Below, piece by piece: positions 51,584-64,000 of a stretch of 64,000 nucleotides of DNA. The translations under genes were made by a program, and so were the position numbers. Where the stretch lies: the NCBI GenBank assembly GCA_001600815.1, contig BCKZ01000013.1, positions 1-64,000 on the forward strand, written 5' to 3'. The DNA is from Alloascoidea hylecoeti. Lineage: Eukaryota. The notes beneath the pieces were generated by a model, which was given only the letters and a program-made list of their open reading frames with translations, was not told where the DNA came from and made no database searches. Numbering within the stretch: the stretch's first letter is position 1; each line of letters starts with the position of its first letter.

Positions 51584-52828
51584 TTACGATGTCCATAACT
51601 GTCCTGTTCCACGAGAAATAAAAGCATCGGCATTCTTAACTTTAAACTTTGGCCCTTCAAAATTATCACCTTCAGTATCAAAATTTTCTGAAAAGCCATC
51701 AAATGATGGCGGTGAATCTTGATGGAAACTTGATTTTGAGAAACCATCGCTCTTATTGCTCTTAGTACTGCGACGACGAGGTCTTCTACGAACTTCTTGT
51801 TTAAAAACCTTCAAATTTTCCGCTGAACTAAAAGAAGTTTTACTCTCCAAATCAGCTCTATCTGAGGTATCATCAGATGTAGTTTTATGAAGTTCCTTAA
51901 CTTTTCTAATATCTTCGTTGGCTGCTTCAATAGATAATGTTTTAATACCATAAGCTTCCGCCCAAATTTTAACTTCTTCATCTTCAGTAATCAAAGACCA
52001 GAGTTTTGGTTCCTTAATATTATCTTGATTTTTGGCTCCCCAATGAATTTGATATAATACAGCTTCAAGCAAGCTTCTAGTTTTATTCCCAATCTTTGCA
52101 TCAGGACCATTAAATTCATCTTTTTCCAAAGCCTGTTTTTTTAAATTCAAAGTTTCACTTTCTTTCAAAGCGGGATTAAAAACAGTATTAAATTCAACTT
52201 GTTTAGGTCTTCTTTGTAAATAAGCATCACATTTTTTCCAAAAAATGACTTCATTTCTCTTTTGGATTTTCACAGAAGCATGATTAGAACCACCAGAAGA
52301 AATATTTTCATCCTGTTTTAATAATCTTTCAATAAATCTAACACTTTCTCGAGCATTAATATTTAATGTGGAAACACCGGATTTTAACCTATCAAGTTCA
52401 TGTAAGGTTGAAAGAGGAACCAAAAAAACAATATCCGGAGTTTCAGACCAACGTTTGATTGTCATGATAGTTTTTGTTAAAACAGAAGTATCAAGAATAA
52501 AATGGTCACAAATTTCACCATCTTTTTGAACTGAAGCTGGTTTTGTATAGGTACTCATATAACAAATATCATCTCTCTTTGTGTCACTATAACTGCTTGT
52601 GGATTTGGGTTTATAATATGACTAGGAATTGTTAATACTATATTTTTTCGATCCAAACTTTTCAAATTCTGAGTGTAAAACCAGTGGTCTTATATAAATA
52701 GTCTCAAATACGACATATATCCAAGACAAGATAGTAAAACATACCGATTTCTTTCTTGATCGAAAATTACGACCTCTGTTGGCTGGGCCAGTTGGGGGCT
52801 TAACAGGCATATCTGATACAAAACTCAT
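51584..52828 (-). CDS. NMD4: PIN-domain protein, Nmd4-like; complement(join(51584..52621,52745..52828)), 373 aa
   Basis: FILDTSVL, FLVPLSTLHELDRLK, NARESVRFIE, WSLITED and C-terminal RGTGQLWT. A 123-nt intron (GTATGT...TATTAAC...TAG) joins the exons in frame. Confidence 0.75.
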
Positions 52829-53140
52829 TTCCAATTGCCTCTCCCTAAATACTGATTCGATAAAAAAATCAAAAGCAATTGCAAAATAGCAAAATAAAAG
52901 GGTAGCAAATGAGTATAAAACGCTTTGGTTTAAGACTTCAATAATATAATGGAAGGAAATAAAGATGTTATGTCCGGGTGACCTCAAAGTATTTTTTTAG
53001 AATTAAAAAACACAAACATTTGGGTTATCATCAATCTTCAGCATTTTGTGTTTGAGAATGAGGATAGGTACGCAAGTAGTCTTTAGTTGATAGTTCACGA
53101 TGGATCTGAGAGGTAGAGAACCTATGAGAAGCTTAAGATT

Positions 53141-53490
53141 GCATAATTTATTGAAGGTTCCATAAAGGTTTATATGGTTTTTACTAACCACATTTATCAG
53201 TGTATAAACTTTAATAACATGGATTTTGCTTATTTGTTCCACAATTTCGATCTTTATTGATGGATGATAACATTTAATCGTTAGCATTAAACATTTCTAG
53301 GTATAATGGTGGAATACGGTTTATCATCCAACATTAAAGATCGAAATTGTGGAACAAATGAACAAAATCCATATTATTAAAGTTTGTACAAGTATCCTTA
53401 TGTGCTGAAAAATGATCATTATTGAAATACATTATAATCATACAAACCTGCAGACAGTATAGAATCTGATAACTCTTCAATAAATTATGC
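53141..53490. repeat. Inverted duplication within a decayed copia-like pol relic
   Basis: Arms 53201-53270 and 53321-53390 are 64/70 complementary around a 50-nt spacer; outer match 53141-53156 / 53475-53490. Confidence 0.85.
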
Positions 53491-54837
53491 GAAATGCCAG
53501 AAGATTCAACTAGGGATGAATTAATGTTGTTGCACCGAAGCGCTTGGTTCAATATAGCCCAGATTGACTCAGTGAAATGGATTGAAGCATGTATAAGGAA
53601 CATGTACAAAGGATTAACCCATAAAATCTGAAGTGAATTAAAAGAAAAGTGATACTGAGGAACCAAACAAGAAAATGACCTTTGATTGTCAATATCACAC
53701 AATTCAATCAAGTTTCAATCGAAAGAGCGGTTATGGGATTGATGGACCAAAGAAATGGCCAAACGAGTAGAGCAACTGATAACAGACAAATGGCTGAGGG
53801 ATTCAATAACATTATTTACCATTTGATATAAGGCAATTTAGAAGAATATGCCGAAATAACTTAAAAAAAAAAAGAAAATTTGGTAATATGCAAACCAAAT
53901 ATTGAATGTTACTTACAAAGTAAATATCCGAAAACAAATTTACAATCACAAAAGGAAGAAAAGTCATATCAATAAGACATCCATATCAAAGTAAAGAATA
54001 ATTAATAGTGTGGTACAATAACACGTTTTTTAAATTATGCCTTTGCTATAAAGAAGTTAGCTATAAGTTAGCTATAAGGCTTTAGAGGAGACCGGACCAA
54101 AATAATCTAAAATTATCCAACTCTTTAGTGATCAGTCTGAAATCTCAAATTGTATTTTATTCACTATATTTAAATATAAGCTACATGTAATACAACAGAT
54201 CGAAGCCACAAATGGTATTCTTTTATTGTAGTCTGGGAGCCAGATGCAGAAAAGGAAGGTAAAAAATAATATTGATCTGGGGAAGTATCGAAGAGTTAGT
54301 GAAGAGAGCTGGTGATAACAAATTCAAGGAACTTGAATCATTAGTATAACAGCTTTACCTAGATTCTTGCGTTGGAGAATACTAGGAGTCCTTCTACGTC
54401 ATATATTTAAAAAGATGGAGTTTGTGGGGAAGACCACTTATAATTAGATGTATATTCGGGACACAATTCACGTCCTCCGCTGCCCCTTCATGATCAATTA
54501 AAATTGAAGCCGGGCAGATACAACAAATTCACCCGTGCTGAACTCTCGGGGTGTCTGAGTTAATTGTATTCTCCTGATATCCTCAGATTCCTCACCCTAG
54601 ATAATCAAAAGAGTACCTTGGCCACGATTACTATACTGTCCACCTTCGTCATGACCCGGGCCGGCGTTACACTGCATAATACTGCTGCTATATTATACCA
54701 CGTGACTCTGCTTCCGGGTAGCTCGGGAACCGTTCCGATCGGCACAGGAGTCTTTTTCACCTCTTTCCCAGGCTTTGTATGCGAATAAGCAGGGTATGGG
54801 TACCAAACCTCCGTCTCCAAATAAATAAACTTCCCAG

Positions 54838-57654
54838 ATGTCGTATCCACTTCCTACCATAGACACGTCCACCCCCCCTCCACGGGTACAGCAGCAACAA
54901 CAATCGTCTCAATATACCCAATTTCAACAATTTCCTTCCCTAACTCCGCCGCAGGGTCCACAGGGAACATCTCAGGCTCAAAATATAAACATCAATCCCA
55001 AGACAAAACGACCAAGACTAAGGGTATCAAAAGCATGTAACCGTTGTAAGAAACATAAGATAAAATGTAATGGTGAACTACCCTGTGCCCATTGTGTTAG
55101 AAATGAAGTACAATGTGCTTATTCATTTTACAATCAAGACCAAATCACAACAACCTTTTCAAAACTTAATCAAGACGGTTCTAGAACTACCATTACTATT
55201 GATGGTCCTGATCCATCAGTTAAACATGAAGGGGATAATGACAGGGAAAAAGAAAAAGAAAGAGAAAGAGGAAAAGAAAAAGAAAAAGAAAAAGAAAAAA
55301 GTAAAGAGAAAGATTCTGATAGTGATAGAAATAATGGTACTTTAAACTCGAATGGAAAAAGAAGTTTATCACCAATTTATTTATCTCAATCTTCAAATTC
55401 AAATTCAAATCCAACTCCGAATCACAATCACAATCATATTCATCATCATAACAACCATCCTCGGCCGATTTATGACACGTCAGAATCATCTGATGAGATT
55501 CAAAGACTTAATTCTCGTATCCAACTATTAGAAACATTACTTAATTCTGTATCCGACACCTCCCTACTTAACGCTGCTTCGAAAAGGGATTCTTCCAAAC
55601 AAAATTCTAGTTACAATGGAACATATTCAGATTCATCTGATGATGATGATAATGTAGCAGAGCGCACACAGACAGATGAAGAAATTATTTCCTATTACAC
55701 CAGTAAAGGTAGATATGGTAAAAGTTATACTTCTTCATTAAATTCAAAACTTGCAACTTACTTATATAATGATTTACCTCCAGAAAGTCAAAAATTAGTT
55801 TCAATTCCAAGAGTCACAAGATATGGTTGGAATATGAGTGGTCAACATTATTTAGGTGCTGTTAGATTATCAAGAACACCAGATTTAATTGATAATGAAA
55901 CATCATCATTTTTAGTTGATTATTTTATGAAAAATATAAATCCATTATTTTGTATAATTCATGATAATTTATTTAGACTTCAATTGGCTAAATATCAAGG
56001 CAGACCAGATACTGATCCAGAAATAAGATTATTTACTGCTTTATTTCATATAATTTGTTGTATTGCAATGAGATTTTCAGAATTTGAACACAACAAATAT
56101 TTTCAAAAAGGTTTAGAAGAAAAATTATTTAGTGATGCTCATCAAGCAATTGAATCAATGACTTTTGAATATGAATCTGTTGAAATTATTCAAGGTTGGT
56201 TATTAATATGTTTATATTTACGTGTTTCTCATAGACAAACATCATGTTGGAACGCACTTGGTAGAGCATGCCATATGGCAAAAGGTATGGGATTAAATGC
56301 AAATGTTCATCAATTTGTTAAATTAAAATATCATCTTTTAAAAAGACAAAGAGTCTTTTGGTCTTGTTATATGATGGATAGAATAATATCAATTGAAACT
56401 GGAAGACCTTTTTCAATTAGAGATGATGAAATTTCATTACCTTTCCCTGTTGAAATATCCAATTATAAAGATGATACTTGGTCAAATATATTATCTCATT
56501 CATTATTAAGATTAACTACAATTATGGGTAAAATGAGAATCAGAGGTCCAAATGGTGTACCTCCATCCATCACCAAATATATTTCTTCATTCCTTAAAGA
56601 TTGGAATGAACAAGTTAAACCTTTTGGTTTTGGTTCAGATACTGAATTAAATCAATCAAGATATAGTATTGCATTAATTGGTCATTTACGATTAATTTAT
56701 AATGAAATATTATATGAAGTTAATGCAAAATCATTATTTCCATTAATATCAAAAGAAGCTGAAATATCAGGTTTAAAACATAAAACATGTCTTAAAGCTT
56801 CAAAAAATATGGTTAATATTGTTGAAAATTTAATTAATACTAGTCAAATTAAAATCCCATGGTGGCTACCATTATCATCATTATATAATGCAGGTAATTG
56901 TTTTATAATATTAATAAATTCAGGTTTATATATATCACAATCAACTGCATTTTTAACAAAAACAACAAATTTACTTGAAAAAATTTGTCGTTTAGAAAAA
57001 TATCATATGGCAAAAGAATGTACTTGGGCATTAAAAACATTAAATCACATGATTTCATTAAGATTATCAAGTCTTTCTGCTTGTGTTGAAAATGCAGGTA
57101 TAGATCATGGAAATAAAGATGTTAATAATAAAAGATTTGGTCAATTAGGAAAACTTGGTGAAAATTTCTTATCAAGATTAAGACCTCCAGATGTATCAAG
57201 ATATCAAAATGATGTTTGGTCAGATCCAAGACGCAGTCCTGGTGGAACTACTGTTTTACCTCCAATATCAAGTATAAGTAGTGGTAGTGATAATTTATCA
57301 GTTACTCATGAATTTATGCAACCATTATCACCAATTGCACCAGATCGAAGTCCATTTCAGTTATCAGAAAGAAGTCCATTACCTATTGTAGATAGAAATT
57401 CTTCTGAGACTAAAAGGCATTCAATTTCAAGCTTAATGGATACATCAAATTCTCAATCAAGTTCTTCTATTAATCAAAATCCTACAACTACATCAATTCA
57501 TTTACCTACAGTTATTCCACCTTCTCCACAATCTAGTATTCCAAGTTATACAGAATCTGTTGATAATCCCGATTTAGCAGATATGGAGATTAATTTGGCA
57601 TGGTTTGATGATTGGAATTGGGATTTCAATTCTGCAATGGTTGATATTAGTTAG
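54838..57654 (+). CDS. STB4: Zn(II)2Cys6 transcription factor with fungal middle-homology region, Stb4-like
   Basis: RLRVSKACNRCKKHKIKCNGELPCAHCVRNEVQC; PRV.RYGWNMSG.HYL; RQRVFWSCYMMDRIISIETGRP. The ortholog name is less certain than the family. Confidence 0.8.
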   Translation: MSYPLPTIDTSTPPPRVQQQQQSSQYTQFQQFPSLTPPQGPQGTSQAQNININPKTKRPRLRVSKACNRCKKHKIKCNGELPCAHCVRNEVQCAYSFYNQDQITTTFSKLNQDGSRTTITIDGPDPSVKHEGDNDREKEKERERGKEKEKEKEKSKEKDSDSDRNNGTLNSNGKRSLSPIYLSQSSNSNSNPTPNHNHNHIHHHNNHPRPIYDTSESSDEIQRLNSRIQLLETLLNSVSDTSLLNAASKRDSSKQNSSYNGTYSDSSDDDDNVAERTQTDEEIISYYTSKGRYGKSYTSSLNSKLATYLYNDLPPESQKLVSIPRVTRYGWNMSGQHYLGAVRLSRTPDLIDNETSSFLVDYFMKNINPLFCIIHDNLFRLQLAKYQGRPDTDPEIRLFTALFHIICCIAMRFSEFEHNKYFQKGLEEKLFSDAHQAIESMTFEYESVEIIQGWLLICLYLRVSHRQTSCWNALGRACHMAKGMGLNANVHQFVKLKYHLLKRQRVFWSCYMMDRIISIETGRPFSIRDDEISLPFPVEISNYKDDTWSNILSHSLLRLTTIMGKMRIRGPNGVPPSITKYISSFLKDWNEQVKPFGFGSDTELNQSRYSIALIGHLRLIYNEILYEVNAKSLFPLISKEAEISGLKHKTCLKASKNMVNIVENLINTSQIKIPWWLPLSSLYNAGNCFIILINSGLYISQSTAFLTKTTNLLEKICRLEKYHMAKECTWALKTLNHMISLRLSSLSACVENAGIDHGNKDVNNKRFGQLGKLGENFLSRLRPPDVSRYQNDVWSDPRRSPGGTTVLPPISSISSGSDNLSVTHEFMQPLSPIAPDRSPFQLSERSPLPIVDRNSSETKRHSISSLMDTSNSQSSSSINQNPTTTSIHLPTVIPPSPQSSIPSYTESVDNPDLADMEINLAWFDDWNWDFNSAMVDIS

Positions 57655-58044
57655 TTTGATCAACAAGAATGATAAATAAATACAAATGTTATATAATATA
57701 ATATAATTCTATTAAACAATTCATTTTAATCACAAAAATAAATAAAATAGCAATATGTATACATTTTTACAGAAATTTTACGTTATGTCATATGTTATGA
57801 ATTTTAATTAGAATTATACATTTTAAGATTTACATTTTTTCAAAATTTTAAAGGATTTATTTATTTAAACCTTTAAATCTAATATTAATATAAGCAGTTA
57901 ATATTAAATTGATAACCATTTATAATTTATAGAAATATTTATATTCGTAATTTCACATATATCAACAATTCTAATAAATTTCTCTGATAATAATATGCCC
58001 TCTTAATTAATCCAGTCCATTTTTATTTTTTCATGTTTTTATTC

Positions 58045-59105
58045 TTATGTGACAACACATAACCACCCTAGTACCAAAAAGAATAATCCAACAGGAAATA
58101 AAGCTAAGAATAATCTACCTGGCAAAACCCCACTATTTCGTAAAGAATAAGAAGCTGAATATAATCCCCATCCGACAAAAAATGTATCAAGTATAGCACG
58201 GATAAAATGCCATTTTATAAATGTACTAAAAGCAACAGCTAAAAGTAATGGGAATAATGAATATCCAATAATACTTAAAGCATGGAAATACGAACTAAAA
58301 ACAAAAAAAGAGTTAGTTCATGTATAACACACCTACGACATAACAATTACTTACATCGATCCTCCAAGTAATTGAATATTAACAGTTGTAAGTGCAAGCC
58401 CCAACCATATTAAGAAAAAAGTACCAGAGAAAACTATTGATGATTGTTTATCAGGTGCCAGTAGTGCTAAAACCAATGAAAATAATAGACAAAATGTCAA
58501 AGGACCCCTAAAAACCATTATTAGTTTCTAAAAATTGATAAAGTCATATCTCATCATCATAAAAAAACTTACCATAAATCCCATTCGTGCAATAATGATT
58601 CTGAACCTTCAACAACTTGTGTAGTTGAATCTGGAATATATTTATTTAACATTCGAGGCCATACAACACATAATAATCTTTGTCCAACTTTTTTAACATC
58701 TCTCATAAGTGTAGTTAAAACAGGTTCATCCAGTGTATCACCACCAGCAAATCTTCTTTCTTCAACTCTATCACCTCCAATTGTAGTTGGATTTGTAAAT
58801 GTACTAAAATTCCCAAAGCCACCAAATCCAAATCCTGATGATGTATTTTGATTATTATTGCTTGTATTAGCGTCAGTTTCAACTCTCCTATCATCAAGAG
58901 GATCTGACCCAATATCTCCTAATAAATCACCTCCATCAGTATCATTAAATGGATTTGAAGTTGTTTTTGCCTTATCATTTTTACTTGATGTTCCTGAGTA
59001 AACAGGTAAGTCATCTTCATCATCATCAGCTTCAATTGTGAAAGGATCATTATGTTGTTCATCATCAACTTTCTGTGGAACAGATGACCATTGTGAATGT
59101 GACAT
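58045..59105 (-). CDS. YIP4: Yip1-family Golgi membrane protein; complement(join(58045..58294,58355..58507,58573..59105)), 311 aa
   Basis: DTLDEPVLTTLMRD, EWDLW|GPLTFCL and NIQLLGGSI|SYFHALSIIGYSLFP; two GTAAGT introns (65 and 60 nt) with AACTAAY branch points. Confidence 0.9.
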
Positions 59106-59537
59106 TGTTAATCGCGTGTTTTGTTATTGTTTCAAAGGGAAAGGAATTCTCACACACAACTGCTTCAAGTTTATCCCAAAAAAGAACAAATTTCGATTTT
59201 TTGGTGGCACTACAAACATCCAAACATCAAACCTTCTTTTTTGACATTTTGAAGGTTTTGTAATTTGTGTATGGCCGCCCTCGTCCCCCCTATTCATACT
59301 TAATTAAATTGCGTCTAAATTGAGCTTAGCTTGCTACACTATAAATCAAGTAATATTATCGTCTTCAAGTCCTGTGAGTATATGCTGATATTATAAAGCG
59401 TTGGAAGGTGTATTTATAATTAAAATCTACCACAACACAGAATAAGATCAAAACTGCAGATTTCGATTTGAGATCACTGATTAGATTCAACCACTACCTC
59501 ACAAATACCGAAGCCCCCCAGATGGGTCAAAAAAGAA

Positions 59538-59608
59538 TGCGTCAGCCCGGAGTCGAACCGGGGGCTCTTCGATGGCAACGAAGAATTTTACCGCTAAACC
59601 ACTAACGC
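59538..59608 (-). tRNA. tRNA-Gly(GCC)
   Basis: GCGTTAGTGGTTTAGCGGTAAAATTCTTCGTTGCCATCGAAGAGCCCCCGGTTCGACTCCGGGCTGACGCA: 71-nt cloverleaf with A/B boxes and a T6 terminator at 59534-59529. Confidence 0.97.
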
Positions 59609-61989
59609 GTTTTCGATGACTTTCAAGGAAGTATATTTACATTATTGTCTCATTCTAGAATCCCAGCCCTTCAGCAAAAAGTTTTGTTACAGAACCTTTA
59701 TAGCAATCATTGAATTTGAGTTTCATGCTAAAATATGTTTGCTTCATGCTCATGTCTTTTACCGCCCTATCCATTTCCAATATGTCATGTTTCAGAAATG
59801 TTAGCTGCATCACCCATGATCGAGCCCTTCCTTCATGCTCTTCACAAGTATGCCTGATCCAAGTTGTTATTTAATTGCAATTATGAATTCATATGTATGC
59901 GATAATGGTCAGGATAAGTGGAATGGAAGAGTTTCGGATCTATAGGAGAGAATACATTACGTTGCAATTGCAATTGTATCTACAGATAAAAAGAAAAGGT
60001 CATTGTGATTTTGGTTAATTTTGACAATTGGATCAAATTTGGTTAACTAACATTCATTTCTATATCTGTTATAATTAGTTACCTATCATATTATAGTGAC
60101 ATGGCAGTGCTGGTACCAACATAAACTTGGGTTTCAAAACTCAATCGGAAGTGAACGTTGGATATCAGAATGTTGAATCTGAAGTGGGCGTAAGATTGAG
60201 CGATATGTTATATATGGGTATCATATGGCGCCGATACATCTAGGGGTCGTGCGACTTTCTGGCACATATAAGCGGTTTCAACGGGCGCTTTAATGGGATA
60301 AAAGGGGAATAGATCCCAGACAGTAGGCGGCGGCTATGGTTCCCGATACGCAGTTCATAATTCCAGAACGGAACCTATATCTAGGTATATGTGAAATCTT
60401 GGTCAAGTTTCAATTGCAGTTGCTTTTGAGTGTCATGCTCACAGATCTAATTACCGGATTTTCCGTTAATCGACACTTAATTAAAGTGCGTTCTAACGAA
60501 TTTTACTTACTACAGATACGAATTACTTCATATAATTACCGAATATTTTATACAAACTCTTAGATCTAGATGTTGTCATTTTGTCATATGCCGCGGATAC
60601 TTTAACAACAAGGAATTTGCTATTGTTTCCGAAATGAACCGGAAACAGTACATAATATAATAACTTTTATATTCTTCATATTAGAAGCAACAATATATAT
60701 CGAATGATATCGTATGTACTATCAATATTATGTTTTATGGGGCATTGAAATGACTCAGGTAGAAACAAAGCCTATTTCCAAGAATAAAGTTAAAAAAGCA
60801 TAGATAGTGATGACAATCTTCAACATTAATCAATCATCCATGATGATATCGATCAATGATGTATTTAGTTTTCTCATATCAATCCCAGTTAAAAAGCTTT
60901 ACTAATAATACCATTAATATAGGTAATGTTAGTTTGACAGTAAACGAATTATGTCAATTTTTTGAAACAGCATAAATTGTTTTTACAAGACAATTTCATT
61001 CTGCATTTTGGTAATGTACTTAATTACTTATAAAATGACTTCACAATAACTGTAGTACTGTACTGTACCGTCGGTACCTTATATTTAATTTAAAGATTTC
61101 GGATAGAAATTGCGATAAATGTTCTCTTGAGTGCAATTGTTCGTTATAGAATTATACATTAATATTACAATTTACAGCGGCAGGGACACCCAACTTTGAC
61201 AGTAATGATACGATATATCGGCTAAGATTAACTAGGCGGAATAACAAAACCTTAATACTTGATATACAGAAAGTGTGTGATATATAATATAACATGGATA
61301 GTTATTAGCAAAGGTCAATTCTAACAATGTTATACAACTCTATAATTAGTTCTATCAGATGAGAAAATTAATTACTACAAAAGGGATTAATTCCATATGT
61401 AATTATTGGCAAGCGCCCGAATTAATATTTGAGGCTGATGAGTACTTAGGAAGTGGTTTTCAGTGATCCGAGAGAAGAGACTAATGTCCATCCGCATATA
61501 TTTCTATAGAATTAATTAATGGTACAACTTCTGTTAACGTTGAAGTTCCAGAATAAATGGTCAATATTGTATGTAACCGAATATAGAACAGTTTGAACAA
61601 AAGACATACGTCTGTGTGGAGTAATAACCCGTCTATTACATTTAATAGAACTTTCAGGACAACGCTCTCCCTAATTGGCAGCCAAAAGCACAGAGAACAA
61701 GAAATTTAAAGGGAGAGTGTGGTATGGAAATGGAAGAATCTCGTGAGCGCCTTATACTTCAGCAGATACAGAATGCTTTCCTGTTTTGGGCTGCATCTTA
61801 AAACGGGAAACGCACAGGAACGCATACGGAGCACCGCACTCCAGCCGCTCCTGCCTGATTCGGACGACGCGCATTTCATTGTATAAATAAGCCTTTTTTC
61901 CTTTTTTCTTCAGTTCGAATTTTACTTTACAATTTAAAATCCAATCCTCTTTTATATTTATATTTATTCCTGAAAATCAACGGTCAAAA

Positions 61990-62961
61990 ATGGATGCAGT
62001 TTATTCAACGCTTGCGGCTGAGATAATCGAAAAGCTCAACTCTTCCCACAAATACAGAATCCTAGTCTTTATCGCTGGAACTCCCGGTTCTGGCAAGTCT
62101 ACCGTCGCCCAACACGTAAAGGATAAGATAAACCTCCTTTATAATTCAAACAAGTCAAAATCACCTTTGGTCAATTCATCTTCTTCAAAATCATCCCTTA
62201 ACTCCACAAATGTCGCCGTCTATCCCGGTTCTCATGGTTCAATGGAAACGTCAATTAAGGTAATATCTTCTCCTGTTGATATCCCTTCCAAGTCCGCCGA
62301 TGACTCTTCCTTTGTTCAAACCCTCTCAATGGACGGCTTCCATTATCCTCGTTATATCTTAGATAAACTCCCAAACCCACAAGAAATGCATAAACGAAGA
62401 GGTGCTCCATTCACTTTTGACGATGAACAAGTTGTCAAAATGTCGAATATCCTAAGTCGAACATGTATTGATGCACCATCATCATTAAATTTATTTCAAA
62501 CATTACCATCATCAAAAACAAGAATTCCAACCATTTTATTACCATCATTTGATCATTCTAAAAAAGATCCAAAAGTTGATGATATTGAAATTTTACCAAC
62601 AACAAGAATTATTATAATTGAAGGTCTTTATATGTTATTAAATACAAATCCATGGAGAGATATTTATTTATTAAATTATTCATCATGTCCAAAACATTCA
62701 ATCCAATTAAATTCAAATATTACAAGTCATGTTAAATCTTCTTCAATTTCTTATAAATCAGATCATGCTATTTCAATTTATATTAATGTTTCTGAAGATA
62801 TTAGTAGAAATAGAGTTGCTAAAAGACATATTAAATCTGGTATATGTAATTCTTTAAAAGATGCAATTGGAAGATTTGATTCAAATGATGCTATAAATGG
62901 AAGATTTGTTGACACTCATAGTTTTGTGGCTGATATTGTTGTTTCTTCCATTAATGAATAA
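61990..62961 (+). CDS. YFH7: P-loop kinase of the PRK/URK/PanK family
   Basis: IAGTPGSGKST, SMDGFHYPR, RRGAPFTFD, PSFDHSKKDP, IIEGLY, RVAKRH. Confidence 0.9.
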   Translation: MDAVYSTLAAEIIEKLNSSHKYRILVFIAGTPGSGKSTVAQHVKDKINLLYNSNKSKSPLVNSSSSKSSLNSTNVAVYPGSHGSMETSIKVISSPVDIPSKSADDSSFVQTLSMDGFHYPRYILDKLPNPQEMHKRRGAPFTFDDEQVVKMSNILSRTCIDAPSSLNLFQTLPSSKTRIPTILLPSFDHSKKDPKVDDIEILPTTRIIIIEGLYMLLNTNPWRDIYLLNYSSCPKHSIQLNSNITSHVKSSSISYKSDHAISIYINVSEDISRNRVAKRHIKSGICNSLKDAIGRFDSNDAINGRFVDTHSFVADIVVSSINE

Positions 62962-62974
62962 AAATAAATAATTT

Positions 62975-63290
62975 TTGTTTGTGGTTTGTTTATTTTGTTT
63001 TTGTTTTCTTTGTTTTCTTTGTTTTCTTTGTTTTCTTTGTTTGTTTGTTTGCATACCAGACCTCTTAAAACTTATAAGGTACTGGATCTCCTTATATTAT
63101 GTTTATACATTACCCAATGGTCTCTCTTGTCTATACTTATCAAATTGTTGATTAATACTTGTTACTATGTCTTGTCTATATTACTTCATTACACATTCTA
63201 TTTTTAATACTTGTTACTATTATTCTTGTCTATATAACTTCATTTACATTATTTCTAATCATGTCTATCTCATGTCTATATATTCAATTG
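62975..63290 (+). repeat. (TTTGTTTTC)n-like run plus a degenerate ~53-bp tandem repeat
   Basis: TCTTGTCTATA at 63125, 63170 and 63224; TAATACTTGTTACTA at 63153 and 63205. Confidence 0.65.
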
Positions 63291-64000
63291 TTCATTATTT
63301 ATTCATTATGGGGATTCTTTTTCTTTTTTTTGTCTTTCCCCTCCCTTTTTATTTATTGTCCTGTATATATGTATCCTATATATTTATCTATTTATCTTAT
63401 ATGTAACCTCTTGTACTTACTCTCATCATTACTCTTCTTGTTATTACTTAATTTTGTAACTAAATAAATATATATATATATTCAAAAACTAGTTTTGTTC
63501 ATATCTTTTCATTGATTAATAGTATCGGTAATAATTTTTAAGATTATACTTTAAATTTCCTTTGCAATTGATTAATTAATTGTTATCTTTTTAAAATTAT
63601 ACTTTTATTTGAATATAGTTAATTATTATTGCAATTATCTATTGTTTTTTTGTTTCCTATTTCTTATTTCTTATTTCATCGCTAATCTAATAAATCTATA
63701 ATGAATAAGCTCAATTATATGTTTCATTTAATTGTTCTTTCTTACATTTTAATCTTTTTATTTTGAATTCATGGAGTTAAAGTTCCCGTTGACGGCGTTG
63801 ACCAAAAAGAGTCGCACAACCTCTAGTTATAACTGCCAAGAGCACCATATGATGCCCATATCTAACATACCTATATTAATTAATAATAATTATAATTACA
63901 TTGGTATCTTCTTTGATAAATTTTGTATCAGCACTGATTCAGTAGTGAGTGTGCCACAAGTGAGTTAAGATAATCATCTCAAATTTTCATTCCCGGTCAT

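Noticed and set aside
60170..60560. Possible LTR upstream of tRNA-Gly
   Set aside because: No convincing TG...CA pair, target duplication or PBS.
62986..63467. Hydrophobic short ORFs after YFH7
   Set aside because: Products of T-rich low-complexity repeats.

Overview
AT-rich eukaryotic DNA from a budding yeast (Saccharomycotina-type genes). It has short spliceosomal introns, and CTG is read as Leu at conserved GCN1 sites. The left end holds the 5' part of an apparently intact Ty1/copia element (LTR, tRNA-iMet PBS, one open gag-protease-integrase frame running off the window), decayed gene fragments, and a second LTR with a half-tRNA PBS. Genes that follow: PEF1, a SPR3-like septin, an APSES factor, GCN1, MET17, a membrane protein of unknown function, ARB1, eIF3k, an alcohol acetyltransferase, two tandem charged-repeat paralogs, an 11.8-kb gene-free tract with nested inverted repeats, a second APSES factor, an NMD4-like PIN protein, a STB4-like Zn2Cys6 factor, YIP4, tRNA-Gly(GCC) and a YFH7-like kinase. 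The most striking observation is at 23742-24210: a frameshifted, truncated ORF resembling the nucleocapsid protein of segmented negative-strand RNA mycoviruses (a candidate endogenous viral element), next to a retrotransposon protease relic. All family assignments come from motif recognition by eye; no database searches were run.
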